From positions 1-64,000 of IMG/VR virus record IMGVR_UViG_3300009130_000010: a DNA stretch of 64,000 nucleotides, one strand, 5' to 3'. Below, piece by piece: positions 11,301-19,622 of this stretch; position 1 is the stretch's first letter, and every line of letters begins with the position of its first letter. The translations under genes and the position numbers were made by a program. The stretch is from a virus. Under the pieces are notes generated by a model. It had not been told where the DNA came from. It was given only the letters and a program-made list of their open reading frames with translations, and made no database searches.

Positions 11301-11519
11301 AGGCTCACCGTAGGTTGTCACCAACTCTCTTTGAGACCCAATTAAATATGTTTTTTCTGCATTTGCTTTAGTAGTACCTGCCGCCGTTGCGGTGCTTGTA
11401 CCACTAGTTTTGTCTTGGGCTGTGGCGATAACAATTAACGGAATCGTTCCAACTGCCGTTGGAGCGTATTGCGATTCGTCTGTTACACTAACCTGTATGC
11501 CCGGTGATATAAGTGCCAT
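8319..11519 (-). CDS. Contractile tail sheath protein (gp18-like) with large internal insertion
   Basis: N-terminal LISPGIQVSVTDES; C-terminal PWFAPAGTRRG, LYENKINPI, ALDRINVARL, FEPND, VCDETNNT, EFIYIP. Confidence 0.96.
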   Translation of the reverse strand: MALISPGIQVSVTDESQYAPTAVGTIPLIVIATAQDKTSGTSTATAAGTTKANAEKTYLIGSQRELVTTYGEPNFYKNTSGTPLHGIEPNEYGLLAAYSVLGVSNRAYVLRADVDLSEIITSAGRPTGTPAANTQWFDTSKTLFGVQVWNASTQKFENKVPKVITDSNDISGSVPKAAFGSIGDYAIDATNTQNPLFYKKSNNAWTQVGTSTWQKSFPTISGTESSPTIVAGNTISINGNVVTASGTTVTTMASDINGASLTGVTADVVNNKLQIYADSSSGGDSTANATIVLANGTGTILTVCGLTAGTYYGPILTVAAHTSVPEWKTADTYTRPSGAMWIKTTTPNLGANVSLKKYNSNTSLFETLTAPIYQNDQSANFGLDKAGGGLNVEADTMYVKYDPADNGRVGYRFYTRHAKGVTTASGVDSPSFTASETFTIQVSDKTATLPAAVTVTMSGTTAETFVADLTAKNISNLSVSRDTTTNKITLTHDLGGVIVVKDTSGTPIADAGISTDDDTVRSGNNSDLIISNWKTYTYTASNTQPTSDPADGRLWFSAAVDEVDVMIHDGSAWKGYQNVTSDARGFNLSNTSPNGVIVSASEPTAQSDKTALVYGDLWLDSSDLDAYPKLNRYESVSGEDKWVLIDNADQTTEDGIVFADFRFHDSGTDDVTTSSMTSTKTLLKSDYLDLDAPSAALYPKGTLAYNLRRSSNCVKKYTKSYFNATDFAGETLPTETNAWVTTSGLKNDGSPFMGRFAQRNVVVSAMKSAVKTSAEIREEQRNFNLLVAPGYPELMANLVALNNERRNTGFILGDAPFRLAPNSTDIQNWASNTKLAIDNDEDGLVTADTYQGVFYPAGNTTDLDGNKVVVPPTHMALRTILRSDDASFPWFAPAGTRRGGVDNATALGHIDKATGEFQTVGIRESLRDTLYENKINPISFFPGVGILNFGNKTRHSSASALDRINVARLVAYIRERLGEITKPFVFEPNDKLTRDEVKGVVESLMNDLVAKRGLYDYLVVCDETNNTSDRIDRNELYIDVAVEPVKSVEFIYIPVRIQNTGSISGV

Positions 11520-11636
11520 TTTTTGTCCTCACTAATAAGTTTGTTATATCTTTTTTATAAGTGTATTTACCAATAATGTTGAAAAAGGCTCTAAATAAAA
11601 GCCCTTTATAAAGGGCACCAGCGAATAAATACTGTT

Positions 11637-11969
11637 ATGACCAGGCCTGTATGTATAACTTGTAATGCTCCAGCGGCAATAAATTACAAAAGAAAAGGAA
11701 AAATTTACTATCGTAGATTTTGTGATAGCTGTGTGCGACAAACTAAAAAACCTAATCCTTTTAAAGTACACGGATTTATTAAAAAAGACACTTGCGATCA
11801 CTGTGGATACAAGAGTAAATATCCTGATAGTTTTTTAATTTATTATTTAGATGGAAATAAAAGTAATACTAGAATGTCTAATCTTAAAACTATTTGTCAG
11901 AATTGTAAAGTGGTTCTAAGTCGGACCGGGTGGAGTAAGATTGCTGGTGATCTAACACCTGATCTATAG
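11637..11969 (+). CDS. Zn-binding HNH-fold protein, catalytic residues degenerate
   Basis: Four CxxC pairs; YYLDGNKSNTRMSNLKTICQNCK matches the HNH pattern but lacks the His residues. TAAATA 5 nt upstream. Confidence 0.7.
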   Translation: MTRPVCITCNAPAAINYKRKGKIYYRRFCDSCVRQTKKPNPFKVHGFIKKDTCDHCGYKSKYPDSFLIYYLDGNKSNTRMSNLKTICQNCKVVLSRTGWSKIAGDLTPDL

Positions 11970-12573
11970 AGTGATATAACGTTTCAATAGTATCTTTATT
12001 TGTAAGTAAAATATCAAAATCCCAACCTGCCCAGCGCCATTCACTGCGATGAACATTTGGATGATTTTTTGCTACTGGGTTATCTTCTGGTGGGTTCGTA
12101 TGTAGCTTATTAAGTTTTCCTGCCATCTTCCAATACTCGGGTTCTTTATCTCGCCACACTTCCCAAGTATACCCTTTAAGCCCTTTAACCATTTCAAGTT
12201 CATTAAAGAATCTACAATCAGGTATTACAAAGTTTTTACTAGGATTTTCTAGTATTTGTTGTTTAACTAAACTAACCCAAATACCATCAAAAAATCCTCG
12301 TCTTAAACATTCAGTTCCATATAACTGTAATACAAGTCTAGGTGTTATTTCTCTGCCTGTTTCGTTGGACCAGTATTCGTCTACTGTTTCTCTAAATTCT
12401 CTTGACTCAACTGTATCGCCTTCAAGTAGTGCTCTATCCCAGCCAAACAAAGTTGATACACCATCCTTTAATCTATCAGCAAAACTTAATTTTATAAAGT
12501 TATGGTTATCAACTAGGTAGTCAGCTACAGTTCCTTTACCTGATCCAATTAACCCACATATTCCTATAATCAT
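11890..12573 (-). CDS. Deoxynucleoside monophosphate kinase (T4 gp1-like)
   Basis: GLIGSGKGT P-loop, SFADRLK, TPRLVLQLYGTE, VIPDCRFFNE, HRSE. Confidence 0.92.
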   Translation of the reverse strand: MIIGICGLIGSGKGTVADYLVDNHNFIKLSFADRLKDGVSTLFGWDRALLEGDTVESREFRETVDEYWSNETGREITPRLVLQLYGTECLRRGFFDGIWVSLVKQQILENPSKNFVIPDCRFFNELEMVKGLKGYTWEVWRDKEPEYWKMAGKLNKLHTNPPEDNPVAKNHPNVHRSEWRWAGWDFDILLTNKDTIETLYHSIDQVLDHQQSYSTRSDLEPLYNSDK

Positions 12574-12579
12574 ACTTGT

Positions 12580-12609
12580 ATTATACTATAAACACAAGTT
12601 GGTTGTCAA
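12580..12609 (-). promoter_or_regulatory. Sigma70-type promoter of the dNMP kinase gene (probably leaderless)
   Basis: TTGACA-18nt-TATAAT, 6 nt before the ATG. Confidence 0.8.
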
Positions 12610-12634
12610 GTTCTTTTTTTAATTAAATAATGGT

Positions 12635-13402
12635 ATGAACGAGCTTATTAAAAAAACTCAAACAGTACTTGTATACTGTCCAGGAATGGGAGGTGAATAT
12701 ATTGCTTGTATGAAAACTCCAAAATCATATAGACCAGACTTACTAACAAAACACGGTTTAATGACTTCGTTTACTGATACTAATAAATGGGTATCTTGTG
12801 GTTTTCCTAGAGAAGATTTTTTACGAGAAAGAGTAATGGGGTTACAAAGTTTATCAAAAGAATATACTCCTGAACAACGACTAACTTTTAAAACACAAAA
12901 AGAAGCATTTGATTATTTGTACAAAATAGGTTTAGATCCTCACAAAACTCCTCCCCATACAGAACCATTACTTAATAATGCTTGGTTAAGTATACATTGG
13001 CATTATGGATTATGGGAGGATCATTGGAAATGGGTTGATTGGGATAATGATGATTGGATCTATCATTGGGGTATATGCCATAATTGGAAATTTAAAAATA
13101 GAGACGAAGACTGGACTAAATTAGATGATATTAGTTATAATAATGCTAACAATAACCCTAACTGGCTTCATGATCATATTAACTGGTTTAGATTACAAAC
13201 AACTCGCTATAAAGAATATTTTAATAAGCACTTTCCTAACAATGGATTTAATATAGACAGAAAAGATGGCGAGTTAATTGATTATAAAGGATGGGCAAGA
13301 AATAACCTAAAAGCACTTGAGGGTCAAGACTTTTACAAACAAGGGTTAGTACCAGATTATTATTTAAAAAAATTTAAAAGTGTAATTGATCAAACAACGT
13401 AA
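12635..13402 (+). CDS. Hypothetical Trp-rich protein
   Basis: 255 aa ORF with N-terminal VYCPGMGGEY loop; TAAATA 5 nt upstream. Confidence 0.7.
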   Translation: MNELIKKTQTVLVYCPGMGGEYIACMKTPKSYRPDLLTKHGLMTSFTDTNKWVSCGFPREDFLRERVMGLQSLSKEYTPEQRLTFKTQKEAFDYLYKIGLDPHKTPPHTEPLLNNAWLSIHWHYGLWEDHWKWVDWDNDDWIYHWGICHNWKFKNRDEDWTKLDDISYNNANNNPNWLHDHINWFRLQTTRYKEYFNKHFPNNGFNIDRKDGELIDYKGWARNNLKALEGQDFYKQGLVPDYYLKKFKSVIDQTT

Positions 13403-13554
13403 TTTACTTTCTGGTCATGGTAACATTTTTTACCACAATGTGGACAAAATAATTCTTTTGGAACCCACTTATCCATAGTAGCAATAGACCAAAATCCAGT
13501 ACAACTTTTACAAGTAAAATGCCAAATTATTTCTTTGGTTGTTTCGATTTGAAA
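13390..13554 (-). CDS. Small zinc-ribbon protein without canonical start codon
   Basis: FQIETTKEIIWHFTCKSCTGFWSIATMDKWVPKELFCPHCGKKCYHDQKVNYVV*. Two CxxC motifs; fills the intergenic gap; in frame directly after the neck gene TAA. Confidence 0.6.
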   Translation of the reverse strand, partial: FQIETTKEIIWHFTCKSCTGFWSIATMDKWVPKELFCPHCGKKCYHDQKVNYVV

Positions 13555-14316
13555 TTATCCTATAACAAAACTTAAAGGAGTACTACCTTCTTCGTAGTTA
13601 TGTAGAGACGCTTCTAATTTCTCTATTAGTGCCGACGCTTCTTGTTTTAAAGCATCACCATTCATAGTAGTACCACCTTGTGGACCGGCTATTGTGGCAA
13701 ATTTGCTTCTAGCTTCACCAAGCATATACATACAATGAGCTTTTGTATAATCATATATCCAAGGTTGGCTTCTATGATCTTTTAAAAGTGTTACATCTGG
13801 TTTATGATTATACAACCAAAGTAACACACTTTCACCTGATTCAGGTACTTTTCTAACTATTGTAAGTTTTTTAGATACAGGATTAAAAGTAAAATTAATA
13901 AATCCACCAAACATTCTAGCAGTTAATTCTTGATATTGACTAAACAATTCATACGTTGCTAAACCACCTACTCGTCCTGCCTGCATTAAGTAAACATTAA
14001 CATAGCCTGCTTCAAATGGTTCAAATTGATTAGCACCATCGCCCTGACTAGAACCAATAGTTCTACGAAATACTTGTCTTACTTCAGTTACTATACTAGG
14101 TAATGTGTATTCTTGAGTTTCTTTTATTAGCTCTAAAAAGCCATAACTTTCTTCTACGCTATTTGAACTTCGTTGACGATATACAGCCGTTGCTTTTTTA
14201 AAAGCTATATTATAATGTTCTGGATCTAACTCCACATCAACCATACCATCGCCTAAGCTAAAGCGTACATAATCGATTAGTTTTGTTTTTTCAGTCTGTA
14301 GTTCTGTGTCAGCCAT
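13555..14316 (-). CDS. Neck protein (T4 gp13-like)
   Basis: LGDGMVDVEL, WIYDYTKA, GEARSKF, GPQGGTTMNG motifs. Confidence 0.88.
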   Translation of the reverse strand: MADTELQTEKTKLIDYVRFSLGDGMVDVELDPEHYNIAFKKATAVYRQRSSNSVEESYGFLELIKETQEYTLPSIVTEVRQVFRRTIGSSQGDGANQFEPFEAGYVNVYLMQAGRVGGLATYELFSQYQELTARMFGGFINFTFNPVSKKLTIVRKVPESGESVLLWLYNHKPDVTLLKDHRSQPWIYDYTKAHCMYMLGEARSKFATIAGPQGGTTMNGDALKQEASALIEKLEASLHNYEEGSTPLSFVIG

Positions 14317-14343
14317 TTATGTTTCCTACTTTAATAGTAGTAT

Positions 14344-15603
14344 TTAGCTCGTTAGCAATAGGATTGTTTCAGGATTAATACGGCCGTTTAGTTTGATTTC
14401 TGTAACTTTAAGGCCTTCAAAAAACTTTTTACGCTGTATTTTACCACACTTCTTAAATTCAGCTAGTTGTTCTGCTGGCTTTCTTAGTGTTTTACAAACA
14501 CTTTCATCTTCTTTAAAGCCAGTAATTGTAGTACCTTTAACACTTAATCCTGTTCCATCACGTTTTTGATGTAATGGATCTAGGTTAGATGCTACATATT
14601 TTCCTAGCTTTCTAGTTTTAGTATTATAAACCCAAAGCATTTCAGACTTAATAATATCAATAGGGTTAATACTAACAAGAGTTGTTTTTTCGTCTTGTAG
14701 TTTATATTTTATTTTAGTTACTAGTTTTTCAGCACTTTTTGGTTTTACTTTACGAGATTTCCTATTAACTTTAGCGTCAGCAATAAGCATATCACAAGCA
14801 TCTACAATTAATTTATAAGCACCGTATCTAGTTTGTATTTCTTCTTTAGTAAAACATTCAAAGCTCTCATCAAGTTGAGCTCTCCAATCAAGCTCTTGCT
14901 CTGTCATTTTTGCTTTTTCTTTTGCTTTTGGGGGATTAAGCAATTCATGTAATTCATCATAACCTGGTTTATAAAAGCCTTTAATAATTTTAGCGTGGTT
15001 TCCTTTACATTGATGATTCTGTAACCATTTTAAAGGTTTAAATGTTGTTAAATTAATAACACTATCATCAGCTTCTATAACATCATCTATCTCTTGTGTC
15101 ATTTTAATAGCCGCCTGATATAATCTTTGTTGTATAGTTGGCTGATAAAAGATAGATTTTTTTGCGTCTTCTTTTTTCTTTTTCTCAACAAGAACCTTAC
15201 CTTGTTCAATTCCTTTTGATATTTGGATTTTAACCCATTCAGTTGCTGGTTTAATATTTCCCATAGTTCCTGCTAACGTTTGCCAATGATCATCTTCCTT
15301 TTGATTAAAGTCTGGCATTCCGTTTGTTAGCATACGACAAGTTATATGTGTTGTAGTACCTATAACATATGAAGGGACAGCTTTAACACATTTAATTTCT
15401 TCTTTACTATAACCATTATTTTCCATCCACTCATATGTATGAGTGGAAAGTTCGTCTGGTTTAAACGTTTGGTAATACCACGAATGTATAGAATCTCTAA
15501 ATCGATGGTATTGTTGACCGTCCATATCTTCCCAACCTTCCCATGTAGGTTCGTTACTTTTCTCTTTTTTTGTGATACGACGTGCTTTACGTTTGATAGC
15601 CAA
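14344..15603 (-). CDS. Conserved hypothetical phage protein (early/middle expressed)
   Basis: 419 aa, TTG start with AGGAG SD. C-terminal LWVYNTKTRKL...SVKGTTI...KTLRKP...NGRIN block familiar from T4-like phages. Confidence 0.7.
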   Translation of the reverse strand: MAIKRKARRITKKEKSNEPTWEGWEDMDGQQYHRFRDSIHSWYYQTFKPDELSTHTYEWMENNGYSKEEIKCVKAVPSYVIGTTTHITCRMLTNGMPDFNQKEDDHWQTLAGTMGNIKPATEWVKIQISKGIEQGKVLVEKKKKEDAKKSIFYQPTIQQRLYQAAIKMTQEIDDVIEADDSVINLTTFKPLKWLQNHQCKGNHAKIIKGFYKPGYDELHELLNPPKAKEKAKMTEQELDWRAQLDESFECFTKEEIQTRYGAYKLIVDACDMLIADAKVNRKSRKVKPKSAEKLVTKIKYKLQDEKTTLVSINPIDIIKSEMLWVYNTKTRKLGKYVASNLDPLHQKRDGTGLSVKGTTITGFKEDESVCKTLRKPAEQLAEFKKCGKIQRKKFFEGLKVTEIKLNGRINPETILLLTS

Positions 15604-15683
15604 TTTTATCTCCTGTGTAATGCTTATATAGTAACATTATTAAAATTAGGGTTATTTCTGTCAGGGTTTCTGTTTATTGTATG

Positions 15684-15712
15684 ATTATAATGTCTTCTTC
15701 GAAACTTGTCAA
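15684..15712 (-). promoter_or_regulatory. Consensus sigma70 promoter
   Basis: TTGACA-17nt-TATAAT upstream of 14344..15603. Confidence 0.85.
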
Positions 15713-15748
15713 CCGATAAATAATACTATCGTAGAATAGGAAAAAAAT

Positions 15749-16900
15749 ATGCCCAGAATCTCAATGTGGAAAGAGAATAAAGGACTTGATTACAGCTTTC
15801 ATGACAATAGAATCAGTGAAATGTTCACTATTGGCGGAACTGGTGTTAATATCCACAAATATTTAGGTACTTTTGAACAAGCGGCTGGTGATGCCACACA
15901 ACCTAAATATGACACTATTACTGAAAATCGTATACAAGATTTACTATTCTTAGAAAACAGAGATCGTAAGTATGATCAAACAATATATCAATTAAGAGGT
16001 ATTTACAACGTACAAGATATTGATTTTGATTTAACACAGTTTGGTTTATTTTTAGCTAACGATACACTTTTTATAAACTTCCATATGCAGAATATGGTGG
16101 AAACATTAGGTAGAAAACTAATGAACGGTGACGTTTTAGAGTTACCACACTTAAAAGAATTCTACCCATTAGATACAGATTTACCTACAGCACTAAGAAG
16201 ATACTATGTTGTACAAGATGCGAGTAGATCCGCTGAAGGGTTTAGTCCTACTTGGTATCCTCATTTGTGGAGATGTAAATGTACACCACTAGTTGATGCT
16301 CAAGAATATAGAGATATACTTGGTGATGCTAGTGAATCAAATAGTTTAAAAAATTTACTATCTACATACAAACAAGAATTAGAACATAATAACGCTATTA
16401 TTGAACAAGCAGAAAAATATGTTCCTAAAACAGGTTATGATACAGAAAAATTTTACATCATTCCTACAAAGAACGACGGAACAGCGGCTGATCCAAAAGG
16501 TAATACCGCAGATGATACTAATATTAAAGCTAGTTCAACTACTCACGAAACAAGTAGTACATTGGTTAGTCCAAGTGGTGAAGGTTGGGGCAAAGGTTAC
16601 TTAACTGGTGATGGTTTAGCACCAAATGGATTTCCTGTTACTCCTGGAATAGTATTTCCATCCAATCCTATCGAAGGCCAATATGTATTAAGACTTGACT
16701 ATATGCCAAATAGATTATTTAGATATGATGGTGCTAGATGGGTTAAAGTTGAAGATGCTGTTAGAACAAAATTAGATGGAACTGGAGATAGACATCATGA
16801 TTCATTTATTAATAACACAGGAACATACATTGACAATAAAGGCAATAAGAAATCTGGCAGAACTGGATTAAGTAAAGCACTTGAGCCGGAGGAAGATTAA
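15749..16900 (+). CDS. Neck/head-closure protein (gp14-like)
   Basis: IQDLLFLENRDRKY, FDLTQFGLFL, GRKLMNGDVLELPH, WYPHLWR; lies between gp13- and gp15-like genes; TAAATA at 15717. Confidence 0.7.
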   Translation: MPRISMWKENKGLDYSFHDNRISEMFTIGGTGVNIHKYLGTFEQAAGDATQPKYDTITENRIQDLLFLENRDRKYDQTIYQLRGIYNVQDIDFDLTQFGLFLANDTLFINFHMQNMVETLGRKLMNGDVLELPHLKEFYPLDTDLPTALRRYYVVQDASRSAEGFSPTWYPHLWRCKCTPLVDAQEYRDILGDASESNSLKNLLSTYKQELEHNNAIIEQAEKYVPKTGYDTEKFYIIPTKNDGTAADPKGNTADDTNIKASSTTHETSSTLVSPSGEGWGKGYLTGDGLAPNGFPVTPGIVFPSNPIEGQYVLRLDYMPNRLFRYDGARWVKVEDAVRTKLDGTGDRHHDSFINNTGTYIDNKGNKKSGRTGLSKALEPEED

Positions 16901-16902
16901 TA

Positions 16903-18321
16903 ATGAAAACTTTTTTCTATGATGAACAAATTCGCAGATTTATTTTACAATTTGTTAGAATGTTCTCACATTATCAAGTAGAATTTGGTAAAGGGAGAGA
17001 CGGTACTGTAACACTTTATCAAGTACCAGTACGTTATGGTGATGCTAGTAGACAAGCGTCAGCTATTATGAAACATAATAGTGAAAACGGTATTCCTACT
17101 TCACCTCTTATAACTGTTTATATAAGTGACTTACAATATGACAGGGATAGAATGCAACAACCAAGTCACGTTGACAAAATGCAGGTTCGTACAAGAGGCG
17201 TAGACGAAAACACAGGAGCATATACTCAACAACAAGGTGAAGCATATACTATTGAACGTCCTATGCCTACACCATACAGACTACAAATGAATGTTGATAT
17301 ATGGACAACTAATACAGAACAAAAATTACAATTATTAGAACAAATTTTAACTTTGTTTAATCCTGATTTAGAAATACAAAGTACAGACAATTACATTGAC
17401 TGGACTAGTTTAAGTTACGTTGAACTAACTAGTCAAACTTTTACAAGTAGAAGTATTCCTACTGGAACTGAAGACCAAATTGATATAGCAACATTAATTT
17501 TTTCAATGCCTATATGGTTGAGTTTACCTGCTAAAATTAAAAAACTAGGTGTTATTAGAAACATTGTTAGCGGTATACATGATAATTCAGGTACAATTAA
17601 AGAATTAGATGTAGGATTATTATACGGTAGTAGAATAGCTGTTACTCCTCAAGGTTATGGTATAATATTACTAAATGGTCAAGCACAATTAATTAGACAA
17701 GCAGATGCTACTGAAACTGATCCTATTAAACTAACTAAAACACTTAATAAAAATAGAAAGAAACCAAGCTGGGCTACTGTTATTAATGACTTTGGTAAAC
17801 TAACAAATTTACAACAAGCTACACTTAACAACGGAACCAGTCAATTGAGAGTAGTACAAGAAATTGGAAGTACTACAGAAGTAATAGGTACTGTAGCACA
17901 TCATCCCACAGATGAAGATATATTATTGTTTAGTGTTGATGCTGATACTATACCTACAAATACGTTAGGAGCCATTGATGCTATTGTTGATCCTACTAAA
18001 AATGGACCAAGTTCAGGTTTAACAGCATCAGTAGAAGGACAAAGATACTTAATTATACAAGACATTGGTGCTGAAGGTAATACAGATGGTGCTGATGCTT
18101 GGAAGGGTGCTAATAACGAAGATTTGATAGCATCAGCGAACGATATTATAGAATATAAGAGCAATAAATGGCAAGTAGTTTTTGACTCGTCAACAATGAA
18201 AACCGATGTACACTATATGACAAATACAAAAACCGGAATTCAATATAAATGGGACGGATCGAAATGGATAAAAAGTTACGAAGGCGAATACGAAGCAGGG
18301 AAGTGGAGGCTAGTACTTTAA
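16903..18321 (+). CDS. Tail sheath stabiliser/terminator (gp15-like) with C-terminal extension
   Basis: FFYDEQIRRF, VPVRYG, MPTPY, QKLQLLEQILTLFNP. Confidence 0.82.
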   Translation: MKTFFYDEQIRRFILQFVRMFSHYQVEFGKGRDGTVTLYQVPVRYGDASRQASAIMKHNSENGIPTSPLITVYISDLQYDRDRMQQPSHVDKMQVRTRGVDENTGAYTQQQGEAYTIERPMPTPYRLQMNVDIWTTNTEQKLQLLEQILTLFNPDLEIQSTDNYIDWTSLSYVELTSQTFTSRSIPTGTEDQIDIATLIFSMPIWLSLPAKIKKLGVIRNIVSGIHDNSGTIKELDVGLLYGSRIAVTPQGYGIILLNGQAQLIRQADATETDPIKLTKTLNKNRKKPSWATVINDFGKLTNLQQATLNNGTSQLRVVQEIGSTTEVIGTVAHHPTDEDILLFSVDADTIPTNTLGAIDAIVDPTKNGPSSGLTASVEGQRYLIIQDIGAEGNTDGADAWKGANNEDLIASANDIIEYKSNKWQVVFDSSTMKTDVHYMTNTKTGIQYKWDGSKWIKSYEGEYEAGKWRLVL

Positions 18322-18740
18322 ATAGTGTTGGTTGCTTATTCTGGGCTCGTAAAACAAACCGCTTTCTTTTTGTTTTAAGAGCTACTAAAACATATAAGTT
18401 TACATGGGCCTTAGTAGGTGGTAAAGTTGATAGTGGTGAAACTGTTTATCAAGCTATGTGTAGAGAAATAGAAGAAGAACTTGGTTCGTTACCTGACATA
18501 ATTAAAACAATTCCTATAGAAAAATTCACTCATAAAAAAAATAAATTTGTTTATGAAACATTTGTAAACATAATCGAAGAAGAATTTATTCCTAAACTAA
18601 ATTGGGAACATACAGGCTATGCTTGGGTTGGCATTGATCACTTTCCTAAACCATTACATCCAGGTTTATATCAAACTCTTAATATTGATGCTATTGGTGA
18701 AAAGTTAAAAGTATTAATTAATCAGTATAATATTACATAG
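18303..18740 (+). CDS. NUDIX hydrolase (start probably GTG 18303)
   Basis: Nudix box GGKVDSGETVYQAMCREIEEELG; LNWEH, PLHPG. Confidence 0.9.
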   Translation: MEASTLNSVGCLFWARKTNRFLFVLRATKTYKFTWALVGGKVDSGETVYQAMCREIEEELGSLPDIIKTIPIEKFTHKKNKFVYETFVNIIEEEFIPKLNWEHTGYAWVGIDHFPKPLHPGLYQTLNIDAIGEKLKVLINQYNIT

Positions 18741-19488
18741 ACCCAATGTCTAATTCACTTGTAAATTCTCTATAAGACATTTTTCTTAAATTTTTATACC
18801 AATTAAAATCATCTGGGTATCTAGCAGGGTTATTATCAACTAAAGTAAATGATACATCTGGATATGCTCCAAATATTTGACACATATTCCTCTCCCATTT
18901 GACACTAGATGTTGAATGTTGTTGTGGATTATAATGAGGTGTTCCGGCATATAAATTATTATTATATCCTTCACCACCATTTTGTCCATCAAAGCCTACC
19001 ATGTAAATATTTTTATGATTATCAAAAGCCGCAAGATACAAAGCAATACATCCAGCGTTCATTCTTACATTATTTGGAACCAAATGAAACTTTCCTGGGT
19101 TTTCTAAGCAACTTGTGGCAGAAGAGTAAACTATGTTCTCATCAGCAAATGGTATTTCATAAAATTCTGTGCTATTAGCAATTTCATCAACCATACCTTT
19201 ACCAGTTGCTACTAAAAAATCTGGTTTAAATTCTCTAGATAAAGCGTTACAGCCATACGTTTGGCAAGCCATGGACCCTAATAGTCCACCTCTATGTCCT
19301 TTTAATAAGTCGTGTCTGAAGGTTTTTCTACTTTCGCCATTACCAATAACTACAGCATATCCTAAATGAGTGTCATTAAATACTGTTCTTGGTATCCATT
19401 CTCTAGTTTCTTGACGTTTTCCAGCCTCATATTTTACTGAGGTTATAAAAAACTCACCTTCATAGTCGTTGGATGTTTTTCCTAGCAT
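18733..19488 (-). CDS. Putative glycosyltransferase-like protein (DUF115/MAF/sialyltransferase-like fold)
   Basis: VIGNGESR, YGCNA, PDFLV, IYMVGFD, NNLYAGT motifs; paralog of 31061..31714. Confidence 0.55.
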   Translation of the reverse strand: MLGKTSNDYEGEFFITSVKYEAGKRQETREWIPRTVFNDTHLGYAVVIGNGESRKTFRHDLLKGHRGGLLGSMACQTYGCNALSREFKPDFLVATGKGMVDEIANSTEFYEIPFADENIVYSSATSCLENPGKFHLVPNNVRMNAGCIALYLAAFDNHKNIYMVGFDGQNGGEGYNNNLYAGTPHYNPQQHSTSSVKWERNMCQIFGAYPDVSFTLVDNNPARYPDDFNWYKNLRKMSYREFTSELDIGSM

Positions 19489-19569
19489 ACTATTAATTAT
19501 CTTCCTATGGGGGGTATTGTAAATGTATTTATTATTAAGGGTTTTTGAGTATTAAATAAAATGGTCCAT

Positions 19570-19600
19570 AAAAAAAGGGCGACCCTAAAGCCGCCCTCTT
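19570..19600 (-). terminator. Rho-independent terminator after the 1666-aa fibre gene
   Basis: Minus strand AGGGCGGC-TTTAGG-GTCGCCCT followed by a T run. Confidence 0.85.
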
Positions 19601-19622
19601 TAAAATTTCAATTGTTTTTGGC

